Below, piece by piece: positions 56,456 through 64,000 of a DNA stretch of 64,000 bases. Source of the DNA: Thecamonas trahens ATCC 50062 (lineage: Eukaryota > Protista > Apusomonadida). The stretch spans positions 123,208 through 187,207 of the forward strand of contig NW_013657640.1 in assembly GCF_000142905.1 (NCBI RefSeq), given 5' to 3'. Numbering within the stretch: position 1 is the stretch's first letter; each line of letters starts with the position of its first letter. The notes under the pieces were generated by a model, which was not told the DNA's origin, did no database searches, and saw nothing but the letters and a program-made list of their open reading frames with translations. The translations under genes and the position numbers were made by a program.

Positions 56456-58349
56456 TTACCGCTTGGACTTGCGCCGCTTGCGCGATCGCCCTGCGCTCGA
56501 GCTGGAGGTCGAGTACGAGGCGGAGCCTACTCCTGAGCAAGACGAAGCCGAACCTGTGGAGTAGCTGCTGCTGTAGCCGTAGCTCGAGGCCGAGGCCGAG
56601 GCCGAGGCCGACGACGGTGAGCGGCGGCGCGAGGACCGATGCGACGAGCGGCGGCGCGACGAGCGATGGCGCGACGAGCCATGTCGCTTGCGGGACGAGC
56701 GCGAGGAGCGCGAGGAGCGCGAGGAGCGCGAGGAGCGCGAGGAGCGACTGCGCGAGGGACCGATGGCGCGACGAGTGGTGGCGCGAGGAGCGCGAGCGCT
56801 TGCGCGACGAGTTGTGGTGTGAGGAGCGCGATGAGCGGCCATGTGGTGAGGCCGACGGAGGTGGCGCCGGGGGCGGCGGCGTCGGCGGCTTGGGCGGTGG
56901 CTGGACGATGGGTCCGACCGTTTCGTGAACTTGGTCCATGACTGCGTTGAGGGCGGCGATCTGGCGCTCGACCAGAGTGTTGTTGAGGCGGAGGACCGAG
57001 TCAAGGAAGGCGGTGTCCTGGGTGAGGAACCGCTGGGGAACGAGCGAGTTCTCGTGGTAGGCGTGGACGGTCTCCAAATGCTCCTTCCAGAACAGAAAGG
57101 TGGCTGAGGTCACCGACCGACACGACTTGGCTGCCAGGTACCGCTCCGAGTTGACCGTTCGCGACTTGATGGGCTTGACCACAAAGACCTCGTCAAACAG
57201 CTGGGTCATGACAAAAAAGAGCGAGACGGTAAAGGCCGAGAACGAGTCAAAGAGCTTGACCACAAACGAGCCGCCGGCCTCGATGCACTTGAGCATGCAG
57301 ACCGTCTCCGAGAGGATAATCCGCGCCGAGAACAGCTCCTGCAGGTTCTCCTTGTGCCGACCCTGCGCATCCTTGGAGATCTGAAACCCGCCGTCGCCCA
57401 CCACCATGCCCGCACGCTGCCGCTTCGGATCGAGCTCGGCAACTTTGGCTGCCACCGCGTCGAGGTTCTCGGGAATAAAGACCGAGCCGTTCGAATCGGG
57501 CCGCGGGCCCTTGACCGGCGTAAAACGCGGGTTGCGCCGCCCAGACTCGAGGAACAGCAGCGACTCGTACCACTGGAACGCGCCGCGGTTGCCCACCCGC
57601 TTCGTCGCATCCTCCAGCGTGATCCCCACGCCCTGGCACCCGCCGTACATCGAGAGGAGCACTTGCGAGAAGGCGCCCGGTCCGCCGCACACGTCGACAA
57701 ACACAAACTTGCGCGGCGAGCTTCGCAGCCCGATCGAGTTGAGCACCTGCTTCAGCTTATCGCCTGCTCGGTTCCAGTACTTGGACGAGCCTGACTTGTC
57801 GAGCGGAAACAGCGCATCGCGGGCCTTGTAGTACTGCTCCTGCAGGCCGGCGTCAAACACGGCATCCATCCGGTCCTTGGCCCGCCACAGCTCTGCCACT
57901 GCGCCCTCGCTGGCAAATGGCGCGTCGCGCATCAACGCCGGCGTGTCCATCGGCGCAGCCTCAAAGTCCTCGGCGCCCATCGACACCTCCGACGGCTTGA
58001 CCACCGTCGCCGAGATCCGAAACTTGAGCGTCTTGCCCGGCGGCAGTGACGTCCTCAGCGCCAGCACGTACTCCTCATCGTCGTCCTTGACGTCGGCGCC
58101 AGCAGCAGCTTCGCCCGCTTCCTCGCCCTCGACCTCGCCCGCGCCTTCGCCCTCGCTCAGCCCGGCACCGGCAGTGGTGCCAGCCACATCCTCTTCATTC
58201 GCCACCGTCTGCAATGCCGCATCTCTGTCACCGCTACCGTCACCGTCTCCCCCCTGCATGCTCTGCAGCCCAGGACGGACCTCGCCCTTGCCCTCGCCCT
58301 CGACCACGACCTCTTTGCCGAGGCCAGTGCCACCCGCCAGCTCGGCCAT
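56456..58349 (-). CDS. CMTR1: Cap-specific mRNA 2'-O-methyltransferase (CMTR1-like, FtsJ fold); RS-rich tail after an apparent +1 frameshift at ~56757
   Basis: NRAG-x-KL, DVCGGPGAFS, GDGGF, FVVKLFD, KP-x-x-SR-x-x-NSERY (K-D-K-E tetrad). Confidence 0.85.
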
Positions 58350-58473
58350 ACCAAGCAGAGTCTATGTAGTAACGGGGTGGTGGCAGCTGTGGCGGTGGTG
58401 GAGTCAGGTGGTGGTGACGGAGTGTAGGAGGGGGGTGGGGTGGGAAGGTGGGAGTGGTGGTGGTGGGAAATCG

Positions 58474-58804
58474 NNNNNNNNNNNNNNNNNNNNNNNNNNN
58501 NNNNNNNNNNNNNNNNNNNNNNNNNNNNNNNNNNNNNNNNNNNNNNNNNNNNNNNNNNNNNNNNNNNNNNNNNNNNNNNNNNNNNNNNNNNNNNNNNNNN
58601 NNNNNNNNNNNNNNNNNNNNNNNNNNNNNNNNNNNNNNNNNNNNNNNNNNNNNNNNNNNNNNNNNNNNNNNNNNNNNNNNNNNNNNNNNNNNNNNNNNNN
58701 NNNNNNNNNNNNNNNNNNNNNNNNNNNNNNNNNNNNNNNNNNNNNNNNNNNNNNNNNNNNNNNNNNNNNNNNNNNNNNNNNNNNNNNNNNNNNNNNNNNN
58801 NNNN
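58474..58804. other. Assembly gap (Ns)
   Basis: N run. Confidence 1.
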
Positions 58805-58909
58805 TTAGCTTCCCGTGTCGCGCCAATCGGATCATCCCCCCTCCCCCCCTCTCCCCCCTCCTCCCACCACTCCTCCTCCTCCTCCACCCACAGCCTCTCT
58901 TCGTCAAAT

Positions 58910-61012
58910 ATGCTTCGGTCATGGGCACCCATGGTGAGGACGGTGGTTGGCCCATGGGTCATGGTTCCTGCACGAATGCGGTCAAAGAAGAACAAGCGGT
59001 CGGCGCGGAAGGCCGTCCATGCTGGTCAGCGGGCGGTAGAGGCTCGTGGCGGCGCTCCGCAGCGGAGAGCTCGTCGATCTCGGGGTGAGTTGCCGCCGGC
59101 AAGTGGCTCTCTCGCTCTCTCGGCTGATGGTGAAATGAACTGGGGCGGTATGGTCGTGGCTGTGGTCGGCAGGCCAAACGTCGGCAAGTCGACCTTGTTC
59201 AACAGACTCATCGGCAGATCGCTGGCTCTGGTCGACTCGCTCCCGGGCGTCACCCGCGATCGCCGCGAGGGCGCCGCATCGCTCGGCGGCATGGACTTTA
59301 CCGTTGTTGATACCGCTGGTCTAGACGAGCCGGTGAAAAAGGCGGCAGTGCGCGGGGTTCGTGGCGCGGCGGCGGAGGCTCTGGCGATGGAGCAGGTCAT
59401 GGCCGACAAAGGCGTGCTCTCGGCCATGCTGGAGCAGACCACCGCCGCCGTCCGCGCCGCATCGGTTGTTGCCTTTGTAGTTGATGTTCGCCACGGCATT
59501 TCGCCATGGGACGAGTACTACGCCCGCTGGCTCCGCAAGACCCTCGCTGACGTCCCCTCACCGCCGCATCTCCTCCTCATCGCCAACAAGTGCGAGGGCT
59601 CGGTCGCCGACGAGCTGATGTTCTCGGACGAGCTCGACAACGGCTGGTCCACCGCCGCCGCCCGCCGCCTCGGCTTTGGCGAGCCCATCTACCTCTCGGC
59701 CGAGCACGGTGACGGCCTCGCGGCGCTGTACAACGCGTTGGCGCCCATCCACGAGCAGCTCGCTCCGCCGCCGCCAGAGCCGCCGGCACCGGCAGCAGCA
59801 GAAAGCGACGCGCCGCCGGCAGACCTAGCCGACGCCGAGCATCACACCCAGCCGATCTCGGTCAAGGAGATGCGCCGCCGCGAGCGCCATGAGCGCTCGG
59901 GCCTGCGAGTGGCGGTTGTCGGCAGGCCAAATGTCGGCAAGTCGACGCTCGCCAACAACCTGCTCGGCACCGACCGGTTTGTGGTCGGCGACATGCCCGG
60001 CGTGACGCAGGACGCCAACTCGGTCCACACCGTGTGGCGAGTTCCCGAGTCTCACGCGCATCTCGAGGCCCTGGGCACGCCGCCGGTCTCAGAGGTCTCG
60101 GTCACCCTCGTCGACACTGCCGGGATGATGCGGCCGTCGGCGAGTGCAAAATCGACGACGCCCAAGCGGCTGGCTTCGCTCGCCTACCGCGATGCGCTCT
60201 CGGCCATCCGCCGCGCAAACGTCGTCGTCCTCGTCGCCGACATCAAGCCGTCGGTCCGTGGCGACGGCTTCCACAACCCGCACGACCCGAGTCGCGCCTC
60301 GCGGAAGCGCTCGCGCAAGGCTGGGGCTGTAGCCCGCAGCAGCGATGATGTCGAGAGCGACGACGACCTGGCGTATAAGTTCGAGTTTGACACCGAGCAA
60401 ACGGTCTTCTCGCCGATGGACGCGTCCATCGCCAAGCGGGTGGCCGACGAGGGGCGCGGCCTCGTGGTTGCCGTCAACAAGTGGGACTTGCTCGGCGCCC
60501 ACGGCCTGCCGCGCTCAGTCGACAACCCGCACTCGCAGCTCCCGGCCATTGTCAAGCACCTCGAGTCGAAGCTCGCCTTTGTGGCGCCGTACCAGCTTCG
60601 CGACGCGCCCTGGGTTGGGATCTCGGCGGCGGCGTCGATGGCGTCGGCCCCAGCACCGGGCGAGCTTGCTCCGGTCGCTACCTCGTTTGATGACCTCTCG
60701 TCCATGGCCGCGCTCTCGCCGCAGACGCTCCTCGTCCCGGAAATCCTCTCGGTCTACGACGGGTGGAACATGCGGCTTCCGACCGGCGCGCTCAACGAGT
60801 GGCTCGCTGGCATTGTCGGCCACCGCTCGGCACCGGGCAAGGTCCGTTACATCACCCAGGTCGACTCACGGCCGCCCAAGTTTGTGCTCTTCGCCGCAAA
60901 GCGCGGATCGTCAACCCACTGGGCCGGGTGGATCAAGTTCCTCACCAACGAGATGCGAGCTCAGTTTGGCCTTTACGGTGTCCCGATCCGCATCGCGGTC
61001 CGCAACGGGTGA
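58910..61012 (+). CDS. der: EngA/Der double GTPase, probably mitochondrion-targeted
   Basis: Two G domains (GRPNVGKS x2, PGVTRD/PGVTQD, DTAG x2, NKCE/NKWD, SAEHG); KH-like tail YITQ-x-x-x-RPP-x-F...FGL-x-GVPIR; Arg/Lys-rich N-terminus. Confidence 0.9.
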   Translation: MLRSWAPMVRTVVGPWVMVPARMRSKKNKRSARKAVHAGQRAVEARGGAPQRRARRSRGELPPASGSLALSADGEMNWGGMVVAVVGRPNVGKSTLFNRLIGRSLALVDSLPGVTRDRREGAASLGGMDFTVVDTAGLDEPVKKAAVRGVRGAAAEALAMEQVMADKGVLSAMLEQTTAAVRAASVVAFVVDVRHGISPWDEYYARWLRKTLADVPSPPHLLLIANKCEGSVADELMFSDELDNGWSTAAARRLGFGEPIYLSAEHGDGLAALYNALAPIHEQLAPPPPEPPAPAAAESDAPPADLADAEHHTQPISVKEMRRRERHERSGLRVAVVGRPNVGKSTLANNLLGTDRFVVGDMPGVTQDANSVHTVWRVPESHAHLEALGTPPVSEVSVTLVDTAGMMRPSASAKSTTPKRLASLAYRDALSAIRRANVVVLVADIKPSVRGDGFHNPHDPSRASRKRSRKAGAVARSSDDVESDDDLAYKFEFDTEQTVFSPMDASIAKRVADEGRGLVVAVNKWDLLGAHGLPRSVDNPHSQLPAIVKHLESKLAFVAPYQLRDAPWVGISAAASMASAPAPGELAPVATSFDDLSSMAALSPQTLLVPEILSVYDGWNMRLPTGALNEWLAGIVGHRSAPGKVRYITQVDSRPPKFVLFAAKRGSSTHWAGWIKFLTNEMRAQFGLYGVPIRIAVRNG

Positions 61013-61019
61013 TCCTGCC

Positions 61020-62480
61020 CTACGAGCACCCGGCGTCGGGAATGTTCCCGCAGTCGGTCGTCGTCGTCATGTCAATGCACTCCATCTTGGCGAGGAGCTC
61101 GTCGCCGCATGATGCGTCGCAAGTGTACGCGTTGGCGATGAGGTGCTCGCCCACAAAGGTCTGCCACAGCGACGGCGCCCCCGGAGTCGGCGCCTTTGAC
61201 GCATACAGCTTGAGGTAGAGCTTGTAGACCGAGGCCACCGAGAGGTCGTCGACGGGGTACGCCTCGCACGCGCTAAAGTATGGTGCCCACGACGTCTTGT
61301 TGGCCGCATTGTCGGCCTCGAGCACCGTCCGGTACACCGTGTAGTCGAGGATGCCACCGGCGAGCGAGGCCGAGTAGAGGCGGACCGCCGGGTTGCGGTG
61401 CTTGCGCGACGTCACTGATGAGCCCGAGAACTGGGCCGCGATGGGAGCGCCGGTGATGGGAGCGCCGTCGCCGCCATACGCGCTCTCGTCCCACAGCAAC
61501 GAGATCATGTTTTCGTGCCAGTGGGCAAAGACAAGGGCGTAGATAGCGTCCGAGTACTTGCGCAGGATCTTAACGTACTCGGCGTTGTACTGATCGTGGA
61601 AGTTCTGCGGTGGGATGTGGCCCATGAGAATGACCTTGGCCCCGACCGCCACCGCCGCTGCCAGCCGCGCCTTGAGCCAATCAAACTGGTTGAGCGGATC
61701 GTCGTCGAGGTTCGGCCGCGAAAGCTGGTTCTCCTTGTACCACAGCACTGTGTTGAGCGACAGGACCGTGAGGTTCGTTCCGGGCAGGCCCTGCGCGTAG
61801 TAGCCGGTCGACCGGAACTGCGCCAGCGCGTCGAGCGTCAGCCACGGCGCCCACGCATCAGCCACCACAGCAAGCAGCTCGGTCGACTCGACGTCGGGCA
61901 GCTGGCCGTTCGGAAAGACGTCCAGGTTTCCGAGGGTGGGAAAGACCGGCGTGCCAGTCGGCAGCACGTCCTGCAGCGTCCGCGAGGTCGTCAGCAGCGC
62001 CGCCAGCGAAGACGAGGCGTCGTCCTGGGTCAGCTTGTGCGGACCCGAGTCGCCGGTCCAGAGCACCGGAATGGGCACGCCGCCGTTGCCTGCCATCAGC
62101 GCACGGCTCTCCACCGCCACAAAGTCTACAGCCGACTCGACCATGACCTTGGGGATGTCACAGTCGTACGAGCCCCAGAACTCGGCGATGTGGTCCTTCT
62201 TGCCCACCCCGTGTCTATCGCCACCACCACCGACCGCAACCTCTTGGAACTCGTCGCCCACCGAAGCCTTGGGTCGGCAAAAGTGCTTTGTCTCGCACCC
62301 GACGCAGTAGAGCGGCTCGTAGTGCAGATCGGTGACCTGCCAAAACACAAAGCCGTCGCCGGATCCGTCGCCGTCACTCGCACCTTCGGCCGCACCTGCC
62401 GCGACCGCCACCACCACCGCCATCACCACCACCACCACCACCGTGGTTGTTGCTGCAGAAAGTCTCGGCACGGACACCAT
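61020..62480 (-). CDS. Sphingomyelin phosphodiesterase acid-like (SMPDL3-like) secreted metallophosphoesterase
   Basis: Signal peptide; TDLHY, G-x-Y-x-CD-x-P, WTGD, LGNLD, G-x-Y, LNT, DP-x-x-QF-x-WL, GHIPP, AHWH, NPAVRLY; no saposin domain. Confidence 0.85.
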   Translation of the reverse strand: MVSVPRLSAATTTVVVVVVMAVVVAVAAGAAEGASDGDGSGDGFVFWQVTDLHYEPLYCVGCETKHFCRPKASVGDEFQEVAVGGGGDRHGVGKKDHIAEFWGSYDCDIPKVMVESAVDFVAVESRALMAGNGGVPIPVLWTGDSGPHKLTQDDASSSLAALLTTSRTLQDVLPTGTPVFPTLGNLDVFPNGQLPDVESTELLAVVADAWAPWLTLDALAQFRSTGYYAQGLPGTNLTVLSLNTVLWYKENQLSRPNLDDDPLNQFDWLKARLAAAVAVGAKVILMGHIPPQNFHDQYNAEYVKILRKYSDAIYALVFAHWHENMISLLWDESAYGGDGAPITGAPIAAQFSGSSVTSRKHRNPAVRLYSASLAGGILDYTVYRTVLEADNAANKTSWAPYFSACEAYPVDDLSVASVYKLYLKLYASKAPTPGAPSLWQTFVGEHLIANAYTCDASCGDELLAKMECIDMTTTTDCGNIPDAGCS

Positions 62481-62675
62481 GACCAGTGGCACTATGTGCA
62501 AGAGAAGTGTGTGTAAAGTGGGAGGGGGGAGGGGCGGGCGGACACGTACTCGACGCAACATGCTGCACGCCAAACAGCGACTGGTGTCCATTGGTGGCTA
62601 CGCGGGGATGCGGGGATCGGCTGCTGTGGTCGTCGGTGACTGTGGTCGATTACTGCGGTTGGGCTCGGGCTGCGA

Positions 62676-64000
62676 TCAGTAGTATCGGGCGCTGCCGCTG
62701 GTGGCAAACATGGAGGAGGCGCCGGCGTAGTGCGACGACGACGTTGAGTTCTGGCGCTGGAGCTCGCGCGAGACGTCCTCGATGCGGTAGTGCAGTGAGG
62801 CCGACGAGTCGTCGATCCACTGCAGCGAGTTGAGGTGTGCGTTGAGGATCTGAACAATCTGGTTGATCGGGTTGTCGTCCTTGACACGCTCGGCGTGCGA
62901 GGAGTTGAGCTTGGAGATCATTTCTGTGAGCGACCTGCCCATGTGCAAGAGCTGGACATTGAGGTTCTCCGCCAGAGTGTACGCCTGCTCACGCTCATGA
63001 TCGGCCGGCTGTCGGAACTCGCCACCGCTCTCGTGCTTGGCGATCTCGGCCTCGAGCTGGGTGAGGTTGTGCCTGAGATCGCTCTGCTGCGTGAGAATAA
63101 ACTCCAGGTTCGAGTTGAGCGAGTCCTGGGCAATCTTGACTCGCTGGACATCGTTGTGCAGGTTGGAGATCTTCTCGCCGTTGTCCACCACCACACGATC
63201 CCACTCGGAGATCTGGATCGCCTGGTTGGTAAACGTCTCCACACACTCGCGCAGCTCGGCCCGCCACAGATTGATGATCTCCTCCAGCGACTTGTCGCGG
63301 AGCTCGGGCGACACCGTTGGGTCCTTCTGTGCAGACGTGGCTGATGTACTGATGCCGCCGGCCTTGCCGCCCAGCGCAAACCCGGTCTTGGCCCCGCTGC
63401 TGCTACTCGCCGCAGCACCGTCTGTCTTTTTGCCGAGTGAGAAGCCACCGGTCTTGGCTCCGCCGCTCGCCGCCGCGCCATCCGTCTTCTTGCCGAGCGA
63501 GAAGCCGCCTGCCTTCGCTCCGCCGCTCGCCGCCGCGCCATCCGTCTTCTTGCCGAGCGAAAAGCCGCCTGCCTTCGCTCCGCCGCTCGCCGCCGCGCCA
63601 TCCGTCTTCTTGCCGAGCGAGAAGCCGCCTGCCTTGGCTCCGCCGCTCGCCGCTGCGCCATCCGTCTTCTTGCCGAGCGAGAAGCCGCCTGCCTTGGCTC
63701 CGCCGCTCGCCGCTGCGCCATCCGTCTTCTTGCCGAGCGAGAAGCCGCCTGTCTTGGCTCCGCCGCTCGCCGCCGCGCCACCCGTCTTCTTGCCGAGCGA
63801 GAAGCCACCCGCCTTGGCTCCGCCTCCAGCTGCCGCGCCGCCGGACTTTCCGAGCGAGAAGCCACCAGCCTTTGCACCGCCGCCGCCACCAGCCTTTGCA
63901 CCGCCCGGGAAAGCAAAGCCCTTGCCTCCTGTCTCTGACGCCTTTTTCACCGACGGCTCATTGGCCTTGGGCGCTGCGCCAAAGCTCTTGAGGCCGCCAC
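62676..64000 (-). CDS. NUP62: Nucleoporin Nup62/Nsp1 (5' part runs beyond the window)
   Basis: Nsp1_C coiled coil LEEIIN-x-W, F-x-x-QA-x-x-I-x-x-WDR, ERE-x-x-Y-x-LAE, I-x-x-ILNAHL-x-SLQWID; FG-like repeats upstream. Confidence 0.93.
   Translation of the reverse strand, partial: GGLKSFGAAPKANEPSVKKASETGGKGFAFPGGAKAGGGGGAKAGGFSLGKSGGAAAGGGAKAGGFSLGKKTGGAAASGGAKTGGFSLGKKTDGAAASGGAKAGGFSLGKKTDGAAASGGAKAGGFSLGKKTDGAAASGGAKAGGFSLGKKTDGAAASGGAKAGGFSLGKKTDGAAASGGAKTGGFSLGKKTDGAAASSSSGAKTGFALGGKAGGISTSATSAQKDPTVSPELRDKSLEEIINLWRAELRECVETFTNQAIQISEWDRVVVDNGEKISNLHNDVQRVKIAQDSLNSNLEFILTQQSDLRHNLTQLEAEIAKHESGGEFRQPADHEREQAYTLAENLNVQLLHMGRSLTEMISKLNSSHAERVKDDNPINQIVQILNAHLNSLQWIDDSSASLHYRIEDVSRELQRQNSTSSSHYAGASSMFATSGSARYY
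63410..63870 (-). repeat. 60-bp tandem repeat encoding GGAKAGGFSLGKKTDGAAAS
   Basis: Near-identical consecutive 60-nt lines at 63481-63780. Confidence 0.95.

Noticed and set aside
56427-56760. Hydrophobic LLALLALL tail of CMTR1 as a transmembrane segment
   Set aside because: It is a wrong-frame reading of an RS-rich tail after a probable one-base error.
22257-62480. Several secreted phosphatases/hydrolases as a functional cluster
   Set aside because: They are scattered among unrelated housekeeping genes, and such families are typically abundant in phagotrophs.

Overview
GC-rich, very gene-dense eukaryotic nuclear DNA with about 32 protein genes, one intron-containing tRNA-Ile(UAU), few short GT-AG introns full of G/C homopolymer runs, and three N-gaps. 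The gene content (CatSper2, major vault protein, tyrosine-kinase-type domain, mitochondrial EngA) and the style suggest a flagellated protist related to opisthokonts. My inference, not verified, is an apusomonad such as Thecamonas trahens. Housekeeping genes include DBP9/DDX56, UNG, RRP42, p24, RAD18, RPS15, RPL26, CMTR1-like and Nup62. Several secreted or lysosomal hydrolases are also present. Strongest finding: a PP2C phosphatase fused in frame to a complete MOB4/phocein domain sits tail-to-tail with a Ppg1-type PP2A-family catalytic subunit, which looks like a two-gene STRIPAK phosphatase module with an extra phosphatase built in. Other unusual architectures: arrestin + PPC-like + tyrosine-kinase-type fusion, ABCF + tandem CCCH zinc fingers, saposin + purple acid phosphatase, WD40 + SOCS/BC-box, and a probable GON7 (KEOPS) not recovered by the ORF track at its likely start codon. 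Non-coding items include a palindrome plus AT-rich island at 11.5-12.0 kb and long hairpins in ribosomal-protein introns. Several genes are split by single-base frameshifts in homopolymer runs, most likely sequencing errors. All family calls come from motifs recognised by eye, not from database searches.
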